From: Ptychomitrium polyphyllum
Lineage: Eukaryota
Length of the DNA: 64,000 nt
Direction: 5' to 3'
Assembly (NCBI GenBank): GCA_973851085.1
Contig: OZ316775.1
Location: 6,882,001-6,946,000, forward strand
Numbering within the stretch: position 1 is the stretch's first letter; each line of letters begins with the position of its first letter. The notes beneath the pieces are model-generated. The model was not told where the DNA came from and did no database searches. It was given only the letters and a program-made list of their open reading frames with translations. Position numbers and translations under genes: made by a program. Below, piece after piece: positions 47,601 through 61,205 of this stretch.

Positions 47601-49280
47601 TTTTAAAATTCCTTTTTTGAAATCTTTAAAGTTAATATGAACCTTTCTTCTACTTTCCATCTTTAAACTAATGGCCAAACAAAGCAATTCATTTAAAATT
47701 TTGGAATAATATTTGGGATGCACAATTAATTACTAACTTGATGATTGAATGTCTTATTTATCTTTGGCAAAATTTGCCTACAACAATACAATCCACGTTT
47801 TCATTCAATTAATGTCATATTATTCCAATTATAGACATCATTCAAATTTAAACATGCTATAATGTTCAAGCATTGAAAATCCAACATCAAAGAAATTTTT
47901 CATGAGAATGGCAAAGCTTCAAGAAACCATGAATACTTAATAAAAAAAAACTTTAGAATAATACAAGGCAGTAGATACAACAAGGAAGGACCAAGTTTCA
48001 TTTCAAGTTGGTGATAAAATGTGACTCCTTTGAAGCAACATAAAGACCAATAAGCCATGTCATAAATTGGACTTTTGGAAGTTGGAGCCATTTGCAATTC
48101 AAAAGCAAATCAACTACATAGTCTATTGCTGGAGCTATTAGAATCGATGAAAGTACAACCAATCTTTTGGAGGTCCACAAGGAAGTAATTATACTTAGAA
48201 AAAAATAGCTACAACATTATTTGATAGAAATTAAAGATCGTTTTGACTTTGAAGTAGAAGAAATGCTCAATTTGTATAAAAAACATGGAAAATTGGAACA
48301 TCTAATCCATTAGTGCAAAAATGACATTAATGAATATGCATGGAAGCTAATTAGGAATCTTTCCAATTTGCCAATATCAATTTGTATATTCCATCTAAGA
48401 TATCTATTTAAATTAAAAGTGGTAATACAAGGAACAATGTCCAATATTTTGAAGATTCTTTATTATTAAGCTTCTTAAGAGAAAGAAGAAGCAATTTTGA
48501 GAACAAAAAGTTCTAAATTCCATATATAACAATTAAAATGTAAATATTATGCCAACCATATCATTATAACCAAGCGGTTCACATTGACAACCTCAAGATA
48601 AAATTCAAATTAGATAAAAGAGACATCAAAGGATAGCTAATAATAGATTGATTGTGAATGTCTTTGATGTAGATTTTGCCCATGAAGATCATATAGAAGT
48701 AGTGTTTGAAGGACATTTTTACAACGATAATACAAAAGTTCATGCTTGGTTTTAAGTGGAAGGTATGAGCAACTAATGATGGTTGCAAGCAACCGTAAAT
48801 CATATGACCTTTAAAAGACTACTAAAGTATGTTACAAACAACATGCAACAAATTTTTGATTTTTTACGCCTTTAAGAATTTTTTTTGCAATGTGCTATTT
48901 GGAAACCTTAAAGATAGAAGAAGAAGTGATGTTATGGAAATACATATTAAAAGCTTCCAAAAGAAATAAGAAAGTCCAAGGAAGTCAATGAAGGTTCTTA
49001 AAAGGTCTAAGGAGGTCTAAGTAGTTGCAAAAGAAGATACTTTGGTTTTAAAATGTTTCAATAAGTCACAAAAGCTTCTAAAGAAGCATTTTAAGATTGA
49101 TTGAATACAAAGTGTTGTATTGATAGCCTCATAAAAGGCTTCCAAGGGATTTTACATCTAGTGTATAGGAGTAGAGGCTAAAGTGATCTATAATCTAAAG
49201 AATGCATTTCTTATGGTTTAACTTAGATATTTTTATCTAGTACATTGTTGTGGTACATTATTGTGATTCTTGGCTCTAGA
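44680..49280 (+). mobile_element. Old family-C chromovirus: gag end, protease, RT (core deleted), RNase H, integrase, chromodomain, extra ORF, PPT and truncated 3' LTR (48930 to about 49280)
   Basis: MQIDAIYF (gag), TLLDYKFSTSFIN (protease), PFEPIYNLS..IFFVKKK (RT), FFMETNASNF (RH), ISMDFITNL (INT), FEVEEML (chromodomain). PPT AAAGATAGAAGAAGAAGTGA before the TG at 48930. Left boundary approximate. Confidence 0.8.
45756..46129 (+). mobile_element. Family-B solo LTR inserted between protease and RT of the family-C element
   Basis: Homologous to family-B LTRs, TGTTAGGGATA...CCTAATA. Degenerate TSD TAAGG/TAAAA. Confidence 0.8.
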
Positions 49281-49524
49281 TAAGGAGGGAAAAAAGAAAA
49301 ACTTGAAGGGAAAAAAGAAAAACTTGAAGGATAAAAATGATGAAAGAGAAAGTTGAGGGCAAAACTACAGGGTAGAAGAAAGAGTGGAAAAGAAGCGTGG
49401 GGGAGAGAGAAGGAAGAAGAGGGGTGGGAATGAGAGTGGAAAGGAAGAGAAAGGAAGAGAAATAGAAAGAGTGGGAAGATAGAGAGAGAAAGAAGGAGAA
49501 GGAGAAAAAAAAGAGAGAGAGTGG

Positions 49525-49726
49525 GGAATGAAAGAGAAGGGGGTGGAAAAAAGGGAGGTAGGGATGAAAGAGAAGGGGGTGGAAAAAAGGGAGGTAGGGA
49601 TGAAAGAGAAGGGGGTGGAAAAAAGGGAGGTAGGGATGAAAGAGAAGGGGGTGGAAAAAAGGGAGGTAGGGATGAAAGAGAAGGGGGTGGAAAAAAGGGA
49701 GGTAGGGATGAAAGAGAAGGGGGTGG
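49525..49726 (+). repeat. Near-perfect 36-bp minisatellite (5.6 copies) within a ~530-bp purine-rich tract
   Basis: Unit GGGATGAAAGAGAAGGGGGTGGAAAAAAGGGAGGTA at 49525 (one mismatch), 49561, 49597, 49633 and 49669, plus a partial copy at 49705-49726. Confidence 0.97.
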
Positions 49727-50504
49727 GGTGGAGAAGAGGGTGGGGTGGAGTAGTGGAAGGAGGGAATGCAAGAGTAGGGGGTGGGGCGGTAGAGAGGCGT
49801 AGGAGGATTGAGAGGGCGAGTGCGAGGTTGTGGGCGTGAGCAGCGACTGTGGAAGCAGCGCCGTGCATACTGACGCTGAGGTTTGCGACGCACCCAAGCT
49901 GCGTGGTGGTTCTTGCTCGACGTGGGATTGTTGTGCAGATTGTCGGATTTTCGCGCACCTGATGGTCACCCATCCGGTGCAGCTGAGGACCAGTCTGGCA
50001 TCTCCTCTTAGCTCCTCGGGGGAGCCTGCTACGCGATCTGGTCCATACAGCTTTCGTTTGCGCTGGAGACGGGACGTTGCGTGTCTCTACCGTCAGGGAA
50101 ACAGGAACCGAGATTGCCTGGTTGGATCTGCGGGAGGATTTTCTTTTTCTTCTTCTGTGGTTGCAATCGCGTGTGTGGGCTTTCTAGGTCTAGGTAGACC
50201 ATCACAGGTGTTCGCAAGTGAACCGGATCGCTCCGTTATGGCGCATGACGAGGAGTTTCTTCTCACGTCGTGGGATGGGTTACATGGGTAGAGTAGACAT
50301 CGCCGCTGCATTGCTCGGGTGTTTCATTTCTGCAAGTAGTGGTATTCCTTTTCATTGCTGAGAGCAGAGCGGAGAAGATCTTTGGAGGATTGCGTTCTAT
50401 CAAGCGGTGGTGAGCAGGTTTCTGGAATTTCTGATGGGCGATTGAGGTTGCGTAGGCGGAGACGCTTTGATAAGAGAGCGAGAGAGGAGAGGGTAGTCAG
50501 GGGG

Positions 50505-53500
50505 ATGGGGGCCCTCAAAGTGGGCTGGTGCAAGTACAGGATCTTCATTGCGATTGTCATTGCGGTCTCGATAACAGCAGGAGGGTTGTTAGGATTCCAC
50601 AAACCTTTGCTGAAAGGATGTATCATGACCTACATGTATCCCACGTACATTCCCGTCCCGCTGCCTTCCAACGCCACTGGCAGCAAATATTCTTTGTACC
50701 TGTATCACGAGGGCTGGAAGAAAATTGATTACCAGCTTCACCTTGTCAAATTGTCGGGCGTTCCAGTTCTCTTTATCCCTGGCAATGGTGGCTCTTACAA
50801 GCAAGTGAGTTTTCGATTGAGATTGAAGTTTCTGGTACTCGGTGACTGTCCTGTAATTTCATCTTACAAAGTCTGGGTCCTCGAGATAATTCTGATTACC
50901 TCTGTTGTCAAACTGTGGCACCCTCACTAGCCATTAAAGGGTGATTCACGAGTATAATGCTGTCGTTCTAAGTTGGTTTAGTCTGATGCTTTTCTGGCGG
51001 TAGCAGCTTGGAAGACTCGATTTCCTCTGCGTCAGCTCAATTTTTTGGTGGGAAATTGGGTAGAGAATGCAAGACTGATATCTAGTCGTCGGTGTTCAGA
51101 CCTATTGGTCAAACCCTCATTTCCACGAGCTAGGAAACTTTGCAATTGCCATGATTGTCGTCGGAGGTGTTGAATCGTTGAAACGTTCTTTAGTATGATT
51201 TCTTGGTTCACTATTGTAATGAGGTTTGTAATGGCTGGGCTACTGTGCACCTGTAAAATCCACATAGCTGAAGGACGCAGATGTAGCTGTGTAAGTAGTC
51301 TGTTTGCAGAACTTAAACATAAATTAAACATTCTGTTTTCCGCTTTGTGGTGGATTGACGGACATTCCTAGGTTGTTTTACAATGTGGGTTCTAGAGCAC
51401 GACAGTGAAGTTATTGCCTGTAAAAGTAGGAACTAAAATTGGACTATGTGCCAGGTGCGATCCATTGCAGCAGAATCAGATAGAGCATACATTGGTGGTC
51501 CTCAGGACGTTCAGTACTATCAACAGTCGGCCTTCACGCCTCTTGAAGCTGGCTCACTGCAAGATGAGTTGCAGTTCTCAGAGCTCTTGGCTAAAGTCCG
51601 AATAGAAGGGCAGTATGCAAACCATCTTGATTGGTTCGCCGTTGATCTGGAGGGGGAGCACTCAGCAATGGACGGATGGATTCTTGAAGAGCACTCTGAG
51701 TATGTTGTGCAAGCTGTGCACCGGGTATGCCTTTTGTCACTTTCTAACTTAGAAGTTTTATCGGAGTTCAAGGGCGGCTGATTATCAAAATATAATCCAT
51801 CTGACAAGTGTAACTTCACAGTGCTAGCTAGAATTCTTGATAGAATCTTGTTCCTTTAAGTAGCCTCTACAAATCTGCCAAAAGTATCACAGAACTACAA
51901 ATCTGTCAAAACTCTTGCGATTAAATGTCCTTTGCCTAGCCAAGATGATTTCACAATTTCTTGTAGCGTTCGCGCTGATATCTTTTTACTTTCCAAACAG
52001 ATTCTTAACAGGTATAGAGACTCTTTAGAAACAAGGTCCAAACACAATGATGACAAGGGGGAGATTTTGCCAACAAATGTTATCCTGGTTGGCCACTCTA
52101 TGGGTGGCTTTGTAGCAAGAGCTGCAGTTGTGCATCCAGAGCTTAGAGCTGGGAGCATTCGGACTGTTGTCACCTTATCCAGCCCTCATAGGTATGTTGC
52201 CAGCTTGGAAGAGCTACATGCGTTATCTGTAGTGTCAGTTTATTCATTATCATATATTTTGAATCAATGAGAATTCGGAAGGGTGAGAGTTGTTACTGTG
52301 TATTTGGTTGAAATCAAATGTGCCTTTCAGGTGTTAGGTTCTGGTTTCATAGGTTAGAAGTACAGGTCAGTTCAAGAATGCAGCATTATTTCTTACAGCC
52401 CTCACTGTGCAATGTGACGTGTTTACAATTGCTCCTGTCCTTCACGAGGAGCCCCCTTTCATGTTCTTTGCATTTGTTTATTGTTTGGGAAATTAACCTC
52501 TGCTGTTCTTTGACTATCTTATGGTGACAGGTCGCCTCCCCTGGAAGTTCAGCCCTCGTTTGGACGTTTCTTTTCGAAAGTCAATGATGCATGGGTAGAA
52601 GGTTATAAGAGTATTCGGTCAAGTGGGGGTCACTTGTTGAAGCCCCCTCTATCAGATGTAGTAGTTGTGTCCATCGCTGGAGGTACACGAGATTATCAGG
52701 TTAGTGCTGGCTAATTTTTGAAAACAAGTATCACCGAGTGTGCTTTCCTTCCCCGTCGAGTTACTGCTATGGTCATAACACTTGTATACAAGTGTTTTCA
52801 CTCACATAATTCTGCAGCTGTATTGATTGTAATTTTTTAGTCCCTAGTTTACTATCTGCGATCTTTGTCTTCCTCAGAGGATCTACTTTGTTTAAGTCGG
52901 TTCATTCTGATGATGGATATGTTGCTCCAACACAGGTACGCTCTAGAATGGCTTCATTAGATGGGATCGTACCTCCAACGAATGGCCTGACTATTGGTGC
53001 AGCAGGAATGGTGAACGTATTTCTTTCAACAGAACACCAAAGCATTTTATGGTGTAACCAAGTGGTTATGCAGGTAAGAGTGCATCTAATCACGTGTAGG
53101 ATTTGATCTCTGCACTGTGGTTGATACCTATTTGGCTTATGTTGTTTTTAGCAGTTTTTGGTATGTAAAAGCTATCATTTATGAACATGAAATTTAGATG
53201 TGTTTTCAGCAATTTGTTTAGATCTGATTCAAGGACTTCGATGTGCAGGTCTCACATACACTACTCCAGCTGATAGATGAGGAGACAGGGCAGCAGATGG
53301 CAAGCTCACATGCAAGAATGGCCGTCTTTGTGTCCAACTTGCGTAGTGCATTGCCGCATGCCTTTGATTGGTTACCCAGCATCACATCGAGAATCCCAGT
53401 GTCTTTAGTTAAGACAACCAACACTGGAAGAGGTGTGTTCTGGTTTCATGTTCACGTGCATGGCATTACTGTTTTGGTAATATTAAGATGGAACATCTAT

Positions 53501-56500
53501 AAGGATGTAATCACGGTATTATACTACCCTATTTGATAAGAGAGAAATGTAAATATCAGGCATGTTTTTGAGTTCTTGTAGTGCTTACTGGCTTGAGTTT
53601 GTAGGTATTCGAGCCCTTGGAGAAAATGAGGATGTTGAAGTGGATAAGTCCGAATCACGTAGCAGAAAGCTAAGCAAGAAACAGCAGAATGAGCCAAATC
53701 AGGGTCCGTTTTCATGCCCATCTATAGTTTACTGGCTGAAAGAAATACCACAGACAGATCTTTATATCAAGTCCAACATCGTCACAGTGCTGGCGATGGA
53801 TGGAAGGCGAAGGGTGATGGACATAGAGAAGCATGTAAGCTCCCAAGTCATTAATTATGTTTCTTTTCTTTAGCGTATCCAGTGGGGAGATAAAGAGCTA
53901 AATTGATAAACTTTATTTTAAACATAGCTTTGGTTGATTAAATTTGGTTTATATTGTTAATAGCATCCCTTGCGACTAAACGGTAGATGCACAAGAGGGT
54001 GGAGTTTCAGAATTTTGAAGACGGTCTTTCATTTATTACGTGGTTATTATCTTGATGAGGTCATTTCAGGCAAACGATGGCGATGAGTTTATTTTGGCAA
54101 CAAACTTGGCACCCTGTGCCGGGGTGCGTGTACACTTATGGCCCAGTAGTGCAAAGTCTGGTGGCTTACTTGATTTCGAGATAGCTGCGGAGGTGACCAC
54201 TAAGATGGCCGAAGTTCCAACAGGTCCCACCCAGCGCCAGGTTTACCCTCTTATCTCTAATCTTATTACGTAGGAAATGGCTGCAGCTTTAGCAACGTGC
54301 GCTTCTGATTTCATTGCAGATGACAGATATCTACTTGTGATAAATTAGATTCTTGCTCTGCTAGTGAAGCATTTGTGTTGATCGTCACTTTGCAATTGCT
54401 GCTTTGAGATTCGTGGTGATCTGATACGCTGTCAGAGACATAACAGATCCTGCACCTTTGCAAGTATTTTGCCCAATCTATGCTGATGGATACATGTCGT
54501 AGAGTTCGGAGCTTTTGAGTTTCTTTTAAGAACTAACACGTATTGAATAATCTTCGTTTTCCTGGTCGTTGACGGATGATCCAAAATAATGAGATTGGAT
54601 ACAACAAATATTTGTAGTTATCAACTTCCAGTAAAATTTCTTGATTTACACTGCTTTATGTTGTTGTGCAATGTAGACTGAACCGGGAGGTCAGACAGAG
54701 CAAGCCCCTCCTTCGGGGGTTCTGCGCCTTAGCTCCAGCGATTTACGTGGTTTCAAGTATTTATCAGTTTCTGTAGCTCCACGACCGGTAATACCAACTA
54801 AACATTGATCTGTCCATCCCCGTTGCAGCTAGAAAGGTGGTGCATTTTAAGAAAAATTTCTTTTATTTACTGTATCCATTGGAGTGCTGTTACTAAATGT
54901 GTACTAGTCAACCGTTGATCTTGGTTAAGCTATGTATGGATATTGTCTATATCTTTCATTTACTAAATACGACAAGCGTTTTTTCATGCCATTGAGCTAC
55001 CTAAACATGATGTACTTGAACTCGAGCTATCCATATTTTGCACGAAAGGGATGAGCAGCATCATAAATTGATCGTTTTTATGGTTGTTCTGTTTCCAGAG
55101 CGTTTCCGGAAGACCCCCGCCAGCAGCATCTATGGCTGTAGGGCAGTTTTTCAATCCCAAGGAGGCAAGGATGACCATGTCACCCATGTCACTCCTATCC
55201 ACAATATTTAGAAAGCAGGTAGTCTGCCAATATCCCTCACGTCACATTCCTGAAATTTAAGGCTGTTTACGTGCAGTGCTTGGGATGTTTTTGTCCTCGT
55301 TAATGAATTTAATTGAAATTGGAAGTCGTTGCCACATTTCCTGGAAACGTACGTTATCAAATTACGGTTGAATTTATGCTAACATATCACATACCAATCA
55401 TGTGACTAGGAGTTTCTACTCGAGGAGGATCATCCGCTGCTGTGGAATTTATCCATAGCGGTTTCAGCTGGAACTTTACCTGTAAATTTGACTGTGAAGG
55501 CTCTAAGTTGTGGCATTCAATCAACCGTGCTTGCCAAGGAAGACCCAGCACCTGAGGAACTTCTCAGTAAGATTCTATATTCTTGCCTGATCATTTTATT
55601 TTGAGTTCTTGACGCTGTTACTGGGCTCGTATCTTGTCGTGCTAGTAAGTTATTCCTTTTCGAAGGTTCAGTTTCTTGAATAGTCGCTTTTGATCTGATC
55701 AGCATCTTCGACCTCTAGCTTAACTAATTTTCTTTTACAATATAAGATAATTAGTAGTGGCATGTCCTATTCTTTACTCTTTTGTCCTGTCTCCTGTGCC
55801 TTTATGAAGTCAGCGTTGTTCTGCTTTTGGCATCTTATTTCCCTTCCTACGCCTACTCCTCATGGTTGTCGTACCGTTTGGTGTAACGATGTGCATTGGT
55901 GGCTGAATAAGTCCTAACCCTTCGTTATGATTGCCCAGAACTTTGCAAAGCACGATGCTTCCCTCCAGTTGCTCTTGTCTGGGATCCTCCTTTCGGTTTG
56001 GAAGTCCTTCCAAATCTGGATTCTGAAATCGTAGTGGTTGATTCGGCTCCTGCAATTTGGGGATCAAGTTATGGATCTGAGCATACTACAATTGTCCTCT
56101 TGGTACGAACTAACCATTTTCTCCAGTATGCTTCTGTACTGCTCTTTACTGGTGTGTGTTTTTAATTTTTTACCTTTTCCACGAAGAGCTGCGTAGGGGA
56201 GAGGTAGAGAGATTTTTCGGATGGTTTACTTCTCACTGTTTAACGTATGTTAATCGGCTGCAGGTTGACCCACACTGTTCTTATAAAGCAAGCCTTGAGG
56301 TGTCATTACCAACAGCTGCAAGTCGCTTTCTTCTAGTATACGGACTACAGGTACTTGCTCCATTTCTGTTGTACGATGCAGCAGAAGCAGTTCTGAGGTA
56401 TAAGAAGTCCCGAAAAGTTCTTTAGGAAGAAGTTCCCATTACCAGGTCTGGTTGTGAGATATTTGTGCAATTCTTTTGCTGAGAGTGTGATTGTGGATTC

Positions 56501-58730
56501 CTTCAAGTCAGACTTCTTGACTATATCTTCTAGATAGGATGTGGTTTATCTGAACGTCATTGTCAATAAGCAAAAGTGGATTACCGTCAACTGTGCAGAT
56601 CACGGGTTTGGCAGTGGCAGCGGTTCTTTTTGCACTCATGCGTCAAGCGCGAGCTTGGGAGCTGGACCTTATGATTCCATCCGTTGTCTCATGCATTGAG
56701 GCCAACCTACGATTTCCTTTCCCACTCTTAGTTTTGGCACCTGGACTTTCGGTTGTCTATTACTTACGTTCCCTGATTGGAACGGAGACGCCTCCACCTT
56801 TGATCAGTTTCTTAGGTGTCTCTCTTGTGTGCTACATTTTTGCGAATGGCGTTGTTGCTTCGTTGGCAATCGTCAGCAGTATAATATTTCAGTCTGCATC
56901 TTTCATCCAAGTCTTTTTCAAGCTAAGGTAAGTATCTTAGTTTTGTGTGTATTCACCTGATAGCACCGCTCATATGCACATTAAAGCTCTTTGTTACATT
57001 TCTGGGTTCTTAATTTGATTCATTTGCAATACAATAGTTGTTTGGAAAAGTCATCTTATTTAATGCAAAACCTTCCTTATATTGGTCCATTGAGGGAAAA
57101 CCTTATGCACGATATATTGAAAGTAAACATAAAGCTGCATTTGCAGGTTCCAAGCCTTGGAGGACCGATCTCGAGCCCGAGGATCTGGATGGTTGTGTGG
57201 TTGCTGTCCATGGGGTTCCAATTCTAAAGTTAGTGAAGTGCAGCTTAAATCTCTAATCTATTTGACCAGTAATTGCACTACCTCTTTTCCATGGGTAGTT
57301 ATTTGTTTGGGATGGAAGCCCTTGAGTATTGTGTTGCAACTGTATTCACCGTTTTATTTTATTCATCAACAGATCCTTAAGAAGTTGAGGGCAAGGCCAC
57401 TGCTGGCGTTGGCAGCTGGAATCACTGTGCTTCTTGTTGTGGTTCATCCTAGCATAGGACTCATCGTTCTATTGTTAGTCCACGCTTGGAACTGCCAAAC
57501 TGCTCTTTGCAGGTATATCAACTTGGTCCATACCCCTCCTTTATAGCTAAGTTTTAACGTAGTTTAATATTGAGTGTGCTTGTAGTATTTGTACATTGTA
57601 TTTCGTTATACCTGCATGGCTGACACAGCAAACGGAAATTCAGGCAGGTGTTTCTAAATTAACTGGGGACTCACTTACCGCGCCACTTGGATAACAAGTT
57701 ATATATGTTCCTTTTATCTCTTGATGATGGTTGCTTCAGTTTTCATTATGGGGCCTAATCTTGGCGAGAACATAGTCTAAGTGATCAGATCCTGCAATAT
57801 CAGTACAACGTTTACGTGGCTACTACTCTCATCCAATGACAGTTAGTCATATTCATGAGTGTTAAACTCTTTCAGAATTACGATTTAGGTGGCAGTTTAG
57901 TGCATACCTTCGTAGTTACTTATGGTAGTCACTTTGTAGTAATGATACGAGGCAGATGTGGATTTTGATGCTTTTGTTGATGTATGGATGCAGTCATCGG
58001 CTACAGATGACCCTTCTGTGGAATGCGAAAAAAGAAGATGATCGTATTCGATTACAATTCGAACAAGTGAACGCCTTGAGTGATGAGTTGAATAAGCCTG
58101 CTGCACTCACCTATGGGGAAAATCACCTCGAGACCTACCGATACCGTCAAGGATTTTTGCTGCTCCACCTTCTCACGGCTATCATGCTTGGTCCTTCCTT
58201 GGCTGCATGGGTTCAGGTTGCTCCTCTACTTTTTTACGCGTCAGTTCTGCCATTGCGACAAGTATAGTACCTTGATTCAGGTTTCCTACTTGTTTTGTTA
58301 GCATTTTTGTAAAAATCCGTAGAGGTAATCATCCCGATCCAAGGCCTTGTCGTCTGAATTGTATTGGTTGAAATTGTTGCAGAGGTCTGGTATGGATCGG
58401 ACTTTACCTTCACTTCTTGATTCCGTTCTTTGCTTCGGGATCGTCCTTCACGGGCTTTATCTGAGCGTTTCAGACGCCAACATAGCATTTATTCCATTAT
58501 CCCCTCTGTTAGGACCAAAAGCCGCTGAAGCAGGTTTTAGCTTTATATATGGTCTGGCAGGTTTGTATTGTTACTGTGCCGGGCTTGCACTGGCTCCCTA
58601 CAAGGCATATTATGCACTTGCTTTAATCGGTGCAGTAACTACTGGACTTAGATTTAAGGACAAACAGGCACGAGGATTGAAGGCAGATGTCTTTGGGAAG
58701 AGGCGACACTCTCATACACATAAACACTGA
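50505..58730 (+). CDS. PGAP1: GPI inositol-deacylase (PGAP1/Bst1-like alpha/beta hydrolase), multi-exon
   Basis: N-terminal TM, then CIMTYMYPTY, YSLYLYHEG, GVPVLFIPGNGGSYKQVRS, LDWFAVDLEGEHSAMDG, nucleophile motif VILVGHSMGGFVARA, TLSSPH, SIAGGTRDYQV, EHQSILWCNQ and several C-terminal TM segments. GT-AG exons include 50505-50804, 51455-51724 and 52001-52191. Last exon ends KRRHSHTHKH*. Confidence 0.9.
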
Positions 58731-61105
58731 TTATTTTATACTCAATTCAACTTTACTCTTTTCAGTATGACAACGTTGCAGGAATTTCTGCTTTTGGCAG
58801 TATGGCGAAGCATACTTCTGGTGTTTTGATCTGAACTTTGTAATGCTCTGCACATCTGATACGGAACACTTTATTTAGAAAGTTTATGACGAAATCTCAG
58901 TAGGTGTACGTAGCATTCTTCAGATGCACAGCATTTCAACTTTTAAAGAATGGAAGTCTCTTCGATATCCTTGTAAACTCTCTTCCATTGTGCACCCCTT
59001 GGTATACTGAGATTCTAGGTATGAGTCGTCTTCCTTCAATCTTCTAATTGCCTCACTTGTACCAGGATACCATTGTATACTTGGGCTCTTTTCTTATTAG
59101 ATGCACGTTCTATAGACTGACACCCAATTGCCAATCTTGTTTCAAATTAAATCAAATTAAGTTTTTTATATTTTCAACTTTTTATATTCTCCTTTAGTGT
59201 TATACTACAGGTACCTAGAAATTATTTAGGTAGCAACTTCTTCATGTTAAAACCTCATCCTTCATTCAATTTTAGAGTTCTGAAGATAAACAACGAATAT
59301 CTAGATTATTTTTTCAGAATTTTAATTTATGCTGAAGTGTTGAAGGTTGTGCATTGCTTTTTGTTCACAATTTTGATTACATGGTAGATCGTTACATGAA
59401 GATAGTTGATTGTCCAATATGAAGAAGTGAATCTTAAAAGTGCTTGTAACTTAAACTTAAATACCTTAAATAGGTTAAATACCTATGGTTGCTTTCACAT
59501 CTTTGATGTGATGGCATTTAATGTAAGTTTCTCTACAATTGTAAAATTAAACAATATATGGTAAATAACAAAATAATATGCAATTAAAGTAACAAACCAA
59601 AAATAATCAATAGGTAATAAAAATAAAAAGGTTAATTTATTTTTTTAAGTAAAAGAAATAGTATGCAATAAATAACAAATAATAACATAACAATAACAAG
59701 TAAATAATAAACTTAAATATTAAATAAAGTTTAAAAATTAACAATTAACAATAAGTAAATTGTAAACAATAAACAGTAAAAAAAAAAAAAAAGTTGAAAA
59801 AATAGCAATAAAAATCAATTATGAGTGCGGACGAATAAACAAATGGCATTGTAAGGTTTTTTTATACTTTGTAAAAATTCCTACAATATCTTAGCACCTT
59901 AAAATTTAGCTTAAACACTTAAATTAAAGATGAAGGATGTCATTATTCAAGATGAAGAGTTGGATTTCAAAAAGTATTAGAAGCTTTAAAGCAATTTATA
60001 TAATTATCCAAGAGTATGACAAACTTCTATTATGTAAAAAAGACTTTGTGTAGAAGGTAGCAAAATCTATAGAAAATCATTTATATATATCTTCATGAGT
60101 TTCCTGTAGTGTCTTAATAATTTCAATATGTAAGAAAAGATTAATTTAACTAATCTTAGCCTTAAGTATATTCAACAACTTTTTCAAATTCATAAATTAG
60201 GTTGTTTAGGAGAATTTTGAATAGATTTTATTTAAAAATTGTAAGTTATATGTAAGCTATTTTATGTTTTAAATTCTTCCATTTTCAATATTTTTCTACG
60301 AGAAATTTTAGAATTTTTTTAAAAAATTTGGTTTTTTTTTAAAAGATTTAATGGAAGTATAATAAGTGTTTTTATTTGGTATTAAAGACATATAAAAGAT
60401 TTAAGCATTTGAATTCATATTAAGTAGCCAACATCTTACTTAGATTTTGTAAAATTTCAAATGTAATGAATGTAATTGAATTTGTTAAATATCAACAATA
60501 AAATTATTATAAATCTTTAAAAATTACAAATTCATCTCTTAAAAGAAATAAAAATTATACATAATTCATCAAAATAAACACATTTTTACTAAAATTATTT
60601 TTCGGTTTTAAAAGTAATAATTGAATAGATATATAATAATTTTGGCCAAAATGGCCATAATAATAGGATAAGTATATATGGAATTTGACCAAAGATAACT
60701 AAAATTAAACATGTTTATTAAATTTTAAAATGTTGAAAATCTTTTTAAATTTCATTTTATTCAAATTAAAATATTTAGACAAATGGTAACTAAAAGATGG
60801 CTCACATTTATAAAAGAAACATCTTTTATAAAACTTCACTTCATTATTGTGATTAAAAAAAAATGCTTATCTTTTTCATTTGTTTTTTACAAATAAGTTT
60901 TAAAGAAAATCATGTATATACTTGATAAAATTTGCTTCTATGAAAAACTACTTTATAAAATCATTTAAAACATTGATTATGTATATTTTCAAGATTAAAT
61001 CATTTTTTTATTCATATTTTTTGATGTAATGTATATTTTTGCATTTAATTCCATTCACACTATAAGTTACTTTTGAATACTTATACTTTATATGTTTTGA
61101 ATGAG

Positions 61106-61205
61106 TTTTTGCTTTGGATTTATTTACTTTATACTATAAATATTTAAAACACTTCTTTTTGCTTTGGATTTATTTACTTTATACTATAAATATTTTAAAC
61201 ACTTC
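61106..61205. repeat. 50-bp tandem duplication (2 copies, 1 mismatch)
   Basis: TTTTTGCTTTGGATTTATTTACTTTATACTATAAATATTT(A/T)AAACACTTC x2. Confidence 0.9.

Noticed and set aside
49223..49973. Long Pro/Phe/Ser-rich and Gly/Lys/Glu-rich ORFs (200-250 aa) on both strands
   Set aside because: Artefacts of the stop-poor purine tract and the 36-bp (multiple of 3) repeat.
57630..57648. Possible micro-exon in a PGAP1 intron
   Set aside because: It keeps frame only with a GC donor, and the flanking exons already join in frame without it.
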